Below the pieces are notes generated by a model, which worked only from the letters and a program-made list of their open reading frames with translations, searched no databases and was not told where the DNA came from. The position numbers and the translations under genes were made by a program. Shown here piece by piece: positions 31,115-42,504 of a stretch of 64,000 nt of DNA (its first letter is position 1; the number at the start of each line of letters is the position of its first letter). The DNA comes from Bdellovibrionales bacterium (GTDB lineage Bacteria; Bdellovibrionota; Bdellovibrionia; Bdellovibrionales; UBA1609). The DNA lies in NCBI GenBank assembly GCA_965219095.1, contig CBDCMT010000001.1:1216001-1280000 (forward strand), in the 5' to 3' direction.

Positions 31115-31292
31115 TTGTATATGTTCATTAGAGTTACAATGAAGTCCAATGGGAAAAAGACAGTAAGGATCATGGAGCCAGTTTGGATTCAAGGTAAGTG
31201 TGTTCAAAAGACAGTTCGGTCCATGGGAATTTTTGAAAATGACTATGAAATCAAAAAAGTTCAGAAGCTTGCAGAGGAGTTCATGGTCAATA
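31115..31292 (+). pseudogene. IS1634-like transposase N-terminal fragment
   Basis: MFIRV...VWIQGKCVQKTVRSMG. Confidence 0.6.
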
Positions 31293-31366
31293 TATAGTGC
31301 TTCCGTTTAGATTTTCAGGTTTTTTCTCTAGAGAATCGACCGGAAAATCTAAGCGTATTCACTATA
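31293..31366. mobile_element. 74-bp MITE with TATAGTG...CACTATA ends
   Basis: Second copy, inverted, at 48822-48895. Confidence 0.82.
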
Positions 31367-31505
31367 GAATGAACTGCACTGAAAAAGTGGAGTTCAGTTT
31401 AAAGGAGTGGATGGAAAAGTCTGGTGGCAGAAAGTCTAAATATTTTGAGTTAATTTTTAAATTTGGTATTACTTATATTTTCCTTTTGATAGACATCTTA
31501 TAAGT

Positions 31506-31615
31506 GATAGTTTAGGCCGTCCTGTTTGTTTGAGCTTAACAAGAAAAGAAGCACATGATATCACTCAAGTTCCTGATTTAATAAGAGGTTTGAAATGTGG
31601 TTTTGTTATAGCTAA
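31506..31615 (+). pseudogene. IS5-family transposase fragment
   Basis: DSLGRPVCLSLTRKEAHDITQVPDLI. Confidence 0.6.
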
Positions 31616-31882
31616 TACCGAATCCAGAAATTAACTTGACATTTTTAGCACATAGAAGTCAGATTTTTTCATACAATCTTGTTAAATTCTTAGAGTGTTG
31701 AAAAAAGATTTGGTTATACAGATTCAAAGTATGATTTTCTAGCTACTTACAAAGTGGAAGGAGTAACTCGTTAAGATCACGTGTAGTTCTGAGTGATTCT
31801 TTTTAAAGATACCAGAGGATGTCTTTCTCATTTTAACTATGAGGATTTATTAAACTGTCTTTACGAAGGCTCTAATTAAAAT

Positions 31883-31959
<77 letters not shown>

Positions 31960-32056
31960 ACATCTGATGTGGTGTCTAAGATAACGCCCTAACACACTCT
32001 AATTAATTCTATTAAGTTTTTTTCCTAAGGTCAAGAGGGCAAATTCTAGATTTTTT

Positions 32057-32100
32057 GCCTCCTCAAAAGAATCTGTGGGTTCCCAGAGGTCTTTTGAGGA
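32057..32100. repeat. Fold-back ISL3 end scar
   Basis: GCCTCCTCAAAAGAATCTGTGGGTTCCCAGAGGTCTTTTGAGGA. Confidence 0.82.
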
Positions 32101-32271
32101 AGTATATTCTATCGTTGTGCTAATCCTAAGTACCAAGAGAAAAGAAAGACTACGAATGAAAAAATCCTCATGGAGCAAATAATAGAAAGTTTAAATCTTT
32201 CTCAAACTTCATTCCTTAAGAAATCAATCAATTTTTAAAAAACATTGAAAAGAACTTACCCGAGATAATTC

Positions 32272-32796
32272 TCAATCAGATAAAAAAAGTAAAAGAGCTA
32301 TTGGGGGAACAAAAAAAGCTAAAATGGGAAAGGTAAAGCTAGGATCAATGTTGTTCCTCCACCAATGAAGAACTGAGCCTAAACGTCTTAACTCCATTTT
32401 AAAAGAGTGACGTTGATTTTTGCACTTTTGCTTCTTAAAAAGCCATTCAATCCAATGATCTATACTGATGTGATGTAAGTTTGACATTCTAACTTTTGCT
32501 AAAGGACTGTTAAGTAAGAATTTTTGGCATATGTTTTGAATTTTCTTTTGACTGCTAGCTCTTAAAGAAACAACATACTCTTTAAGATATCTTTTTACAC
32601 AATCTTCAAAGAAAATCTCCTCTCTTTCTTGTGGAAGAAAGTTAGTTCCATGAAAAAATCGTTGCTTTTGTTTTTCTTCCCATAGAATAGCTTCCGTCTT
32701 TGTTGGAAAAGACTTGGATTTGACACGAACTCCTCTAACATACACTTGAGCATAATAGACAGTTTTATTTTTTCCTTTTCTTTTTGTTATCGACAT
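32272..32796 (-). pseudogene. Truncated tyrosine integrase (catalytic domain lost)
   Basis: Paralogue of 18169-19296 (MSITKRK, KSKSF, SPLAK, WWR). Confidence 0.87.
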
Positions 32797-33044
32797 GATT
32801 TCTCCTTTTGTTGAAGCCATTTCTCTAACTTATCATTCGGGAAATAGACGTTTCGGCCTATTTTCAAGAAAGGGATTTTTCTCATAGACATCCAATTACG
32901 GATGGTCTTAGGAGAAATTTCCAAAAACTCCGAAAGCTCTCTAAGGTTTATTAAATTGTCAAAGAACAGGCCCTTTTTTTGAGGGCGAATAGTGTTCTCT
33001 AAGCTACTATTTTTTTTGATTGGTTTCAATTCTTTTTTATTCAT
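32787..33044 (-). CDS. Excisionase-like HTH protein
   Basis: LFFDNLI...ISPKTIRNWM..KIPFLKIG. Confidence 0.85.
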   Translation of the reverse strand: MNKKELKPIKKNSSLENTIRPQKKGLFFDNLINLRELSEFLEISPKTIRNWMSMRKIPFLKIGRNVYFPNDKLEKWLQQKEKSCR

Positions 33045-33112
33045 TTTTATTTCTCCTTTCAAAATATAACTAGAGAGCTTAAAAAGCTCCCTCATTTGGT
33101 TATTCTAAGCCT

Positions 33113-33316
33113 TTAAAAAGGCTCTTTTTTTGGTACTCTTTCTATAACCACAAGCTCCCCTGAGACAGGCAAGCCTGTAAGTTTCAAAGAAAAGCCCTTT
33201 TTGTTCTTCAAACCGAAGGCTACACCTATTCTTTGGTAGTCCACTTCTTCGTTTCCCTGAGAGTCTTTATAAGCTCTGGCTGAGAGTGCGTCATAAATTG
33301 TAGTTTTTAGTTTCAT
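33113..33316 (-). CDS. Small phage-type putative ssDNA-binding protein
   Basis: RBS AAAGGAG; RIGVAFGLKNKKGFSLKLTGLPVSGELVV...EPF. Confidence 0.7.
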   Translation of the reverse strand: MKLKTTIYDALSARAYKDSQGNEEVDYQRIGVAFGLKNKKGFSLKLTGLPVSGELVVIERVPKKEPF

Positions 33317-33559
33317 TTCTACTCCTTTCCTTTCCTTTTCCACCAACCAACCTACTACCCAACCCAACCACTCACACCACACATCACACACCACATCTAC
33401 CAGAGAGATTAGAAAGTGAACCTAAGCCTGTTTTTATGGCACTTCCTTGAAGAATTTGGCTTTGAGCTTTTAGGCTTGCAAGGTCTTGAAATTCTCCTTC
33501 TATCTTCATAAGAAGCTTTAAATTCTTTTTTTGTTTTTTGTACTGTTTAAATTTCATGT

Positions 33560-33808
33560 CTATATGATCTTGATTTGAAGGTGTTTTTCGTTTTTGAATT
33601 TAAAAACATGTTCATCAGTGATAAAAGAGATGGATTTTTGAACAAAGTCTTTTGGTTTTACTTTCTTATCGTAAGGGCTTTGATTAGCTTTTTTTAAAAG
33701 ATCTTTTGTTTCTAAAAAAGTATGCTTTTCAAAAATAAGACGTGCTACTTTCTTCTTAACTTTTATGCCTTTTCTTTTTATGTCTTTATATAATTTATTT
33801 CTTTTCAT
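33560..33808 (-). CDS. Basic hypothetical protein of the second element
   Basis: ORF track (internal ATG, MKRNKL), co-oriented with int/xis. Confidence 0.4.
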   Translation of the reverse strand: MKRNKLYKDIKRKGIKVKKKVARLIFEKHTFLETKDLLKKANQSPYDKKVKPKDFVQKSISFITDEHVFKFKNEKHLQIKII

Positions 33809-33870
33809 AAATAAACCTTTCTTTTTTATTCTTTTAATTTCTAACTTAAGTGATAGTTTTTTATTTTTTT

Positions 33871-34422
33871 GCCTCCTCAAAAGAATCTGTGGGTTCCCGG
33901 AGGTTCTGGCAGTTTTCCAATGTTATGATATAAGGCGATTTTTATAGCTTTAGAGGTTCTAAAGCCGTAAGATTTTCTCATAGTGAGTTTTACTTTGTTG
34001 TTTAAACCCTCTACAATCCCTGAGGAGAAGGTTTTTTTAGCCTTGAAGTAATTAAGAATAAGTAGCTTATGTCTTCGTATGGTTTTTGCTTTTCTTTTCA
34101 TAGGTTCAATTTTTGAAAGCATGACTCGTCTCGTCCAACTGTCTATAAATTTACCAGCCCAAGTTGGTGGAACATAGGTCCATAACTGTCGGAAGTCTTC
34201 TTTTAAAAAATAACAGCGGATACTTTTTAAATTGTACTGTATTAAATGCCTTAATTTTACTTTTTCATAAGATTTTAAATTTTCTGCATTTTTTAACAAG
34301 GGCCATCTAGCTTTTGTTAAAAGGGGTTCATACCCGTCTTCTTTCATTTTTGTGTGTTCTGATATGTGGAAGCCCTATTTAAAAGTAATAAAGGAAAGGG
34401 CAAGTCAAGCTTTGAATATATT
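33871..34422 (-). mobile_element. ISL3 3' fragment joined to an inverted ISL3 piece
   Basis: Strand switch at microhomology TGTGTTCTGA near 34353. Confidence 0.85.
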
Positions 34423-34727
34423 GTAACTCGGTTATATGACCGCCCTATCCAAGATTAAATTTTTCTTATAAGTTTTTTTTAAGAGGAGGGATTTTATGGA
34501 AGAAGGGATTAATTTAAAAAAGAAGATACAGCTTTGTCGAGAGGAGAATTCCAACAAGAAGCTTATCCGCTACCCAGAAGCTCTTAAGAGAGAGATTCTA
34601 GATTTTTTGAAAGAGGAAAAGGTTTCTAAATTTTGTAAAGAGACAAAGGTCACCTCTTCCACGATCAATAACTGGAAGAAGTCTTATGTTTCAACAGTAT
34701 CCCCTAAGAAGTCTCTTTTTAAGGCTG
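34423..34727 (+). mobile_element. IS66 left end with truncated accessory HTH ORF
   Basis: GTAACTCGGTTATATGACCGCCCTATC; ORF 34496 RYPEALK...STINNWK. Confidence 0.7.
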
Positions 34728-35468
34728 TGATCTTCCCCCAAAAAAGTGGACAGTTTTTATGTTCTTAAAGCCCTCCTTTGTTTAAATTCTTTTGGGCTCA
34801 TGTATTTCAAGGAAGAATGCATTCTTACCTTGTTATACCAATCCATGTAAATTGCAATTTTTTTCTCCAACTCTTCCTTCGTTGTACAGTCTTTGTATTC
34901 CAGTTCATCCTTCAACGTATGGAAAAAGCTCTCCACAAACGCATTATCATAACAATTTCCTTTCCTAGACATAGATTGCTTGAGGCCAAAGAATTTCAAT
35001 TCTTTTCTAAACCCTTCACAACAATATTGAACCCCTTGATCCGAGTGGATTATCAAGCCCTCTAAGTTCCCAGAAACAGATTGGACTGCGGCTCTCAGAG
35101 CCTGTTTTGAATGAACCCCGTCCAAGCTCTCACAGAGCTTCCAAGACTTAATCTCTCGATTATAGACATCTAAAAATACAACCAAATACAGAAATTTATC
35201 TCTAAAAGGAATATAGGTTAAATCCGAACACCATACCTGGTTTTCTTTTCCTGCTTGGCTCTGTCCTGTCTTAAACAACCGAGGAGACTTAATCATGAGA
35301 GGGTTATTCTTTGTTGTTCTAGGAACATAGGGTTTTTTCTGACGGGCACTGAGATTCTTTAGTTTCATAATTCGAGCTACTTTGTTTTCTCCAGCACTCA
35401 CTCCGCAACGCTTTAATTCCCTATACACCCTGGGGGAACCATAACAGCCTTTATTTTTTTTAAAAATA
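34728..35468 (-). mobile_element. IS3-family 3' fragment
   Basis: Near-identical to 50743-51483. Confidence 0.9.
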
Positions 35469-36988
35469 GTAACTGCTCACTTTCGTAAGTTTTTATTTAA
35501 AGCCATAGAGATGGCTTCTAAAGAAGAATACCCTCTATTTCTCATTGTTTTAACATAACTGGTAATGCGACAAAAATATTTCGCCATTTCTTCTGTTCTG
35601 AAACACCCTGACACTTTCTTTTTCACCTTAGTCATTCTTAGATCTCTTTCAGCTCTGTTATTAGTAGGATCTACGTTCTTTCTTTTAGCAAAGCACAGTA
35701 TTTCTGCTTCATACTTTTTAAATCGCATCCAAAGGTTCTGAGCTTGTGTATGCTTTATTCGTCCTTTCTTGCCATTTTTCTTAGGAAATTCTGGAAGCTC
35801 TTTTAAGCCTTTTGTAAGAATACTCCTATACCTTCTCTGAAGAGTTTCGTACTCTTTTTGAGTCAGAACTCTTGACTCTTTTTTATGAACTAACTCCACA
35901 GTCTCTTTAAGAAGTTTTTTGAGATTTGTAGCCCATTTGAATCCATTGCTTTCTTCTATAAATTTAAGCTCTCTCAAAAGGTGAGCCACACACAAAGCAT
36001 GAGTTATCTTATCATAACAAAAGTAAGGACTCCAACAATCATGCACAAGCACTCCTGCATATCTATCCAAGAGACCAATATCTTTTATGGCTTCCCTTCC
36101 ACCTGAAAGGTGGAGAAACTGCAAGACTAATTCTCCTGAACTATAAGTATGAATCCAGTAGTTTTTACCCTTAACCCTCATAGAGGTCTCATCAACATGA
36201 ATGACCTCTGATTCAAGTATCTTTTCTTTCATCTGCTCTTCCCAACTTTTAAGAAACTCTCCTAATTCAGCAATGTATCTCAACATAACTGCAGGAGAAA
36301 TCATTCGACCTATAAGCCCCATGTAATGTTCCCCAACACGCTCTAAAAGACAGCATCTGAACTATAATGAAATTGATGATGGAAGCTCTAATGCCTATAC
36401 CATACTGAAGAGGACCACTCATACCTTTAGGGAATTGACCTTTATTTCTAGCTCCACATGAGGGACAATCCTTAACTTCAGAAGTTACAGTATGGGTCTG
36501 AATTTCATAAAAAATATCAATCTTTTTACGCTTCTCAAGGCTTTTTACCTCTGCTGTCTTTAAACACATCCCACACTGAGAACACTCTGAGGGAGAGACA
36601 GTCTCCTCACTGTTTTGTATCTTTACTGTTATCAAGTCTAGAGCCCCTTTTTCTGACTCCCACTAGCTTTCTTATTACGATTCCCTTGACGACTAAAATC
36701 TTGCGAAGGAGGAAGACCGCTGTTGCTGGAATTTTTTCGAACCTGTTTTTCTAAAAGCACAACAATCAGAATGTTCACAACCTTAAAGAGAGATTCAACA
36801 ATCACAGAAATCTCAGTAGGCACAGAACCTTTCTTTGCAAACTTATCAAAGTCACTTCTTATATTTTCAATCTCATTTCTGATTGTCATTTGAAAAGAGT
36901 ATTTAAAAGAAAATCTGTAAGAGCAAGACTTTTATCTTAAAACAGGTCTAAAGTTAGGGATAACTGAACAATGTAGGTGAGCAGTTAC
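35469..36988 (-). mobile_element. Compact IS66, copy 2 (extra frameshifts)
   Basis: TIRs; ORFs 35477-36322, 36267-36635, 36638-36889. Confidence 0.9.
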
Positions 36989-37564
36989 AAGTAATTAAGG
37001 ATAAGAGTTTTATGTCTTCGTTCTGCAAAAATAAAAGAATAGAACGAAATAAAGTGTTTCAAAAGTTAGCAAAAAGAGGCAAAAGTAGTATGGGCTGGTT
37101 CTTCGGATTTAAACTCCATATTGTTATCAATCACCTCGGAGAACTTTTAAGTTTTACCTTAACTCAGGGAAATGTAGATGATCGAAAGCCTGTTATAGGT
37201 TTGTGTAAAGGGCTGGTGGGGAAACTCTTTGGAGACAAAGGTTATATTTCATCAGACCTTTTCAAAAAGCTTTTAAAAAAGGGAGTTAAGCTTATTACAA
37301 ACGTCAAATTAAATATGAAGAATAAATTGATTCCCTTATTTGACAAGTTGATGTTGAAAAAACGTTCTGTTGTGGAAACAGTGATTGGAGTGTTAAAAGG
37401 AGAGTTTCATCTTGAGCATTCTCGCCATCGTAGCCCACAAAACTTTGTCATCAATCTTTTAGGTACTCTCATCTCCTATTGTTTAAAACCTAAAAAACCC
37501 TCCATTCAACTTAAAACTCAAGAACAGGGGCCTCTGAGCAATATATAAAAGTCGAAACTCGGGT
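36989..37564 (+). pseudogene. IS982 transposase, 5'-truncated
   Basis: GKSSMGWFFGFKLH, GDKGYIS, KRSVVETV, EHSRHRS. Confidence 0.9.
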
Positions 37565-37836
37565 TAGTATGGTCTTCAAAAGCATCTCTTCCCTCCTTTG
37601 TTTTTTTGAATAAACATTTTAAGGCATTTGGGAAGTAGGTGCTTCTTTTTTAAGATTTTAATGTAATACAGCAAAAATCAAATGAGATTGTTAAACTAAA
37701 ATCGCTAAAAGCGATTCGAGACAGGAGTCTCAAGCTCAACAATTAAAGACAGAATGTCTTACTCTACGTTGCTTTCCTGATGTCCATTTTAAGCCTTTTT
37801 TAGCTGGTTTTTACCCACAGATTCCCAGGAGGAGCC
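37565..37836 (-). mobile_element. Divergent ISL3 left-end fragment
   Basis: ...ACCCACAGATTCCCAGGAGGAGCC. Confidence 0.8.
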
Positions 37837-39604
37837 TTTTTTACATGAATTTCGTCAAATACAATATAATCTAAACTACAATTCCATTCTTTCTTTTCTA
37901 TACTCAAACGATCTTCGGAGTGTAGTAATTCAAATAATCATGATGACGTGAAAGCATGCGAGATAGAGTTGTCTTTCCAGACTGACGAGGGCCGCTAATG
38001 ATTAAAATTTGTAACTGCTCACTCTCGTAAGTTTTTATTTAAAGCCATAGAGATGGCTTCTAAAGAAGAATACCCTCTATTTCTCATTGTTTTAACATAG
38101 CTGGTAATACGACAAAAATATTTCGCCATTTCTTCTGTTCTGAAACACCCTGACACTTTCTTTTTCACTTTAGTCATTCTTAGATCTCTTTCAGCTCTGT
38201 TATTAGTAGGATCTACGTTCTTTCTTTTAGCAAAACACAGTATTTCTGCTTCATACTTTTTAAATCGCAGCCAAAGGTTTTGAGCTTGTGTATGCTTTAT
38301 TCGTCCTTTCTTGCCATTTTTCTTAGGAAATTCTGGAAGCTCTTTTAAGCCTTTTGTAAGAATACTCCTATACCTTCTCTGAAGAGTTTCGTACTCTTTT
38401 TGAGTCAGAACTCTTGACTCTTTTTTATGAACTAACTCCACAGTCTCTTTAAGAAGTTTTTTGAGATTTATAGCCCATTTGAATCCATTGCTTTCTTCTA
38501 TAAATTTAAGCTCTCTCAAAAGGTGAGCCACACACAAAGCATGAGTTATCTTATCATAACAAAAGTAAGGACTCCAACAATCATGCACAAGCACTCCTCC
38601 ATATCTATCCAAGAGACCAATATCTTTTATGGCTTCCCTTCCACCTGAAAGGTGGAGAAACTGCAAGACTAATTCTCCTGAACTATAAGTATGAATCCAG
38701 TAGTTTTTACCCTTAACCCTCATAGAGGTCTCATCAACATGAATGACCTCTGATTCAAGTATCTTTTCTTTCATCTGCTCTTCCCAACTTTTAAGAAACT
38801 CTCCTAATTCAGCAATGTATCTCAACATAACTGCAGGAGAAATCATTCGACCTATAAGCCCCATGTAATGTTCCCCAACACGCTCTAAAAGACAGCATCT
38901 GAACTATAATGAAATTGATGATGGAAGCTCTAATGCCTATACCATACTGAAGAGGACCACTCATACCTTTAGGGAATTGACCTTTATTTCTAGCTCCACA
39001 TGAGGGACAATCCTTAACTTCAGAAGTTACAGTATGGGTTTGAATTTCATAAAAAATATCAATCTTTTTACGCTTCTCAAGGCTTTTTACCTCTGCTGTC
39101 TTTAAACACATCCCACACTGAGAACACTCTGAGGGAAAGACAGTCTCCTCGCTGTTTTGTATCTTTACTGTTATCAAGTCTAGAACCCTTTTTCTGACTC
39201 CCACTAGCTTTCTTATTACGATTCCCTTGACGACTAAAATCTTGCGAAGGAGGAAGACCGCTGTTGCTGGAATTTTTTCGAACCTGTTTTTCTAAAAACA
39301 CAACAATCAGAATGTTCACAACCTTAAAGAGAGATTCAAAAACCACAGAAATCTCAGTAGGCACAGAACCTTTCTTTGCAAGCTTATCAAAGTCACTTCT
39401 TATATTTTCAATCTCATTTCTGATGGAGGTCTTATTTATTGTCATTTGAAAAGAGTATTTAAAAGAAAATCTGTAAGAGCAAGACTTTTATCTTAAAACA
39501 GGTCTAAAGTTAAGGATAACTGAACAATGTAGGTGAGCAGTTACTAAAATTTTTTGTCTGAGATCTCTTTTCAAAAAAGGTTCTAAATAACGCTTCTCTC
39601 TCAC
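37837..39604 (-). pseudogene. AAA_14/DUF4143-type ATPase, split by IS66 and truncated by ISL3
   Basis: Rejoined: MREKRYLEPFLKRDLRQKILIISGPRQSGKTTL...YIVFDEIH (Walker A and B). Confidence 0.82.
38011..39544 (-). mobile_element. Compact IS66, copy 3
   Basis: TIRs, 8-bp TSD TAAAATTT. Confidence 0.93.
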
Positions 39605-39875
39605 TTTATGTTTATTATAATCGCTTTCTTAAAGAAAGGTTAGGCTGTTTAGGACTTTGTTCCTAAATAGTACGAACTTTTTTGGAGAAGGCTCCTAAAT
39701 GGTCTTCTGATGGGGTGAGTGATTGAGCAGCTTAGAAGTCACATGAACTTCTCCTTATGAGAGATCTGTGCTTTGCCTCTTAAGTTTCAGTTTGCTTCGA
39801 AATGTTTTTTCGAAAGAATTTAAACATAACTGGTTAGAGGAAAAATCTTTGAGTAGCTACAAAACTTTATTGCTC

Positions 39876-40769
39876 TCACAAAGCTACAACTTTTAGCCCC
39901 TCTTTTTCTTTTTTCTCAATAAAATCAGAAAGACAATGCCTATGGCATGAAGTATGTTCTTTTTCAACACAAGCTAGAGCTATCCTTTTTTTTTTATTTA
40001 AAAGCTCTCTAAGAACGTTAATACTTTCCTTTTCTGTTTTTAAAACAGTTGATCTATAAACTTTAAAAAGTCCCTTTAAATCTCCTATGGGCTTGTATTT
40101 TTTCCTCAGTTCAAGTTTTACACCTAAATTATTTAAAGCTCTGTACTCTATATTCAACTTCCCACAAAGTTCTTTTAGTCTACTTTTAGAAAATCCATAC
40201 TTTCTACTCACAGACGTTTTTCTTACATCACAGAGGACCTTCACACCATTTTGAAAAAGGAGATTCAAATAAGAATCAATACTTTTTCCTTCGTAACCTA
40301 TGGTGAAAAGAATCTTTTCATTGCTTAGCTTTGGATAAGACAACACTTCATTTCTTTCTTTTTTTAAGCGGGGGTTTTTTGATTTTTTACTATAAAAAGC
40401 ATAATAAGGATCTTTTAAGAAAACTGCCTTTAAAAGCTTGTCTCCTTTCTTGAATCGATATTTACTTTTTATAAACGAAAGGAATTTTAAATCTTTTGTT
40501 TTAAAACCTTTCTTGAGTTCTTTTAAATTTAGCCTTTTTTTTAAAATCCATTTTGTTTTTGTCTCAGTAAAAAGCTTAAGGTTTTTGAGCGTTTCCAAAT
40601 CTCTTTCAGCTTGAAAGGAGAAAGCTCTTTTCTGAAAAGAAACAAAATCATAAAAGGGTTTTGAAAGTTCTTTGGTCCACAAAAAAAGATAGCTCTGAAA
40701 ATCAAGTTTGTTGATTTCAGGGCCTAAGGTCTTAAAAAGTAGCAAAAGCCCTCTTTTTCTATAAAACAT
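39876..40769 (-). CDS. DUF488-domain protein with N-terminal extension
   Basis: FTIGYEG, LCDVR, SRKYGFSK, ALACVE...CHR. Confidence 0.82.
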   Translation of the reverse strand: MFYRKRGLLLLFKTLGPEINKLDFQSYLFLWTKELSKPFYDFVSFQKRAFSFQAERDLETLKNLKLFTETKTKWILKKRLNLKELKKGFKTKDLKFLSFIKSKYRFKKGDKLLKAVFLKDPYYAFYSKKSKNPRLKKERNEVLSYPKLSNEKILFTIGYEGKSIDSYLNLLFQNGVKVLCDVRKTSVSRKYGFSKSRLKELCGKLNIEYRALNNLGVKLELRKKYKPIGDLKGLFKVYRSTVLKTEKESINVLRELLNKKKRIALACVEKEHTSCHRHCLSDFIEKKEKEGLKVVAL

Positions 40770-40869
40770 TTTTTTTCATAACCTAAAACTTTAGTTCATA
40801 TTTAGTTTATCTTTAGGCTCCTATAGGAATCAAACTTTTTTACAAAACGTTTTTTAAAAAAGTGTAGAC

Positions 40870-42354
40870 CTAATAATTTTTTAGAAGTTCAATAAAAGTA
40901 CGCACCATAACTCCTGTGGCTCCTGTTTTAGGAACGTAGGGAAGTCTATTGCTGGATTTATCAGAAGTTCCTGCAATATCAAAATGAGCCCAGGGAATTT
41001 CTTTTTTTACAAAGTGGCCTAAAAATCCAGCTGCTGTAGAACTTCCCATGCCCATACTTTTTTGTATGTTTTGTAAATCAGCATAAGAACCTTTCATTTC
41101 ATCGTAATGCACTTTTTCTAAAGGCATACGCCATACTTTCTCTCCTGAGCGTTCGGAGGCTTGTAAAATGCTTTTACTGAGTTTTTCATACTCTGTAAAA
41201 TAACCTGTATAAACATTACCTAAGGAAACCACAATAGCGCCTGTTAAAGTAGCGATATTGAAAATGGCGGCAGGTTTTTTTTCACTTGCATAAGAAAGAG
41301 CATCCATAAGAATAAGTCGCCCCTCGGCATCTGTATTTAACACTTCTACAGACATTCCATTTCTTGCAATTAAAACATCACTAGGACGTGTAGCTCTTTC
41401 TCCTACAACGTTTTCAGAAGAAGGAATAAGCCCTAAGACATTCACCTTTAATTTTAATTTTGCAATAGCTAGGAGAGTTGCTATGACTGTAGCTCCCCCA
41501 CACATATCATATTTCATATCGGCCATATGGCCTGGTGGTTTTAAAGAAAGGCCACCACTATCGAACGTAAGTCCTTTTCCTACAAAGCAGACAGGCTTTT
41601 TACTCCCTCTAGCTCCTTTGTATTCCATAATAATAAAACGAGGCTCTACACCACTTCCTAAAGACACTCCTTCAAGACCGCCCATTTTTTCTTTTTTGAT
41701 ACGAGCTTCATTCCAAACACTAACTTTTAATTGAGCTAAGTTTTTTGCTTTTTCTTGAGTTTTCCTAGCTAAAATGGGAGGGTTCATGTAATTAGGAGGA
41801 GTGTCAGAGAGAGTTTTTGCAAAATTAGTACACTCAGCTAAAATTACACCTTTTTCTAGGGCTTTTTTATTGGAGATCAAAACAGAGTTCATGAGAAAAT
41901 AAATTTCTTCAAGTGAAAAACTAGGTTTTTTGTCTTTCTTCAAGCCCTTATAGTTATAAGAGGTAAGAAGAATCCCTTCGGCTAAAGCTTGTAGGGTCTC
42001 TTTTTTTTGTCTGAACGAAAGAGTTTCTAAAAGAACTCCCGCTTTTTTTACTTTTTCAATTTGAAGCCTTTTAAGAATTATAGAACCTATTTGTCTTATT
42101 TTTTCTAAATGAAGTTCTTTTAAATCCCCTATGCCTATAAATAAAAAATGTTTATTTGAATGAGCATAAGGTACAAACAACATTTCCTTTTCTTCGCCTA
42201 AAAAACGTTTTTCTTTGATAGGCATTTCAAGCCATTCTGACATATGTTGAGGAAGACTTGATGTTTTGATTTTTTTCTCCTTGTCTTGCCAGCCCACAAA
42301 AGCTACCAACGTATCAAACTGAGAATATTTTATAGGCTTTAGTTGTATTTTCAT
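40870..42354 (-). CDS. pepA: Leucyl aminopeptidase (M17)
   Basis: VGKGLTFDSGG, MKYDMCG, NTDAEGRL, HFDIAG. Confidence 0.95.
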   Translation of the reverse strand: MKIQLKPIKYSQFDTLVAFVGWQDKEKKIKTSSLPQHMSEWLEMPIKEKRFLGEEKEMLFVPYAHSNKHFLFIGIGDLKELHLEKIRQIGSIILKRLQIEKVKKAGVLLETLSFRQKKETLQALAEGILLTSYNYKGLKKDKKPSFSLEEIYFLMNSVLISNKKALEKGVILAECTNFAKTLSDTPPNYMNPPILARKTQEKAKNLAQLKVSVWNEARIKKEKMGGLEGVSLGSGVEPRFIIMEYKGARGSKKPVCFVGKGLTFDSGGLSLKPPGHMADMKYDMCGGATVIATLLAIAKLKLKVNVLGLIPSSENVVGERATRPSDVLIARNGMSVEVLNTDAEGRLILMDALSYASEKKPAAIFNIATLTGAIVVSLGNVYTGYFTEYEKLSKSILQASERSGEKVWRMPLEKVHYDEMKGSYADLQNIQKSMGMGSSTAAGFLGHFVKKEIPWAHFDIAGTSDKSSNRLPYVPKTGATGVMVRTFIELLKNY

Positions 42355-42504
42355 AGTTTTTAACTCCTTCGTATTTAATATTTAACTAGACTTTTTGTTA
42401 GATTTCAAGATGATTTTTGTGAAAACCCTGACTCAAGTTTGACCTCGAAAAATCCGAAGAGCTTATGTCAAGGTCATTTTATACAATAAGGAGATCTTTC
42501 ATAT

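Noticed and set aside
32047..32056. Flank matching the ISL3 TSD AAAAAATC as a rearrangement marker
   Set aside because: Low-complexity AT-rich target; the 2342-3860 copy already has both TSDs.
39876..40769. DUF488 gene as part of a defence island
   Set aside because: No intact partner genes adjacent; the neighbour is a destroyed ATPase.
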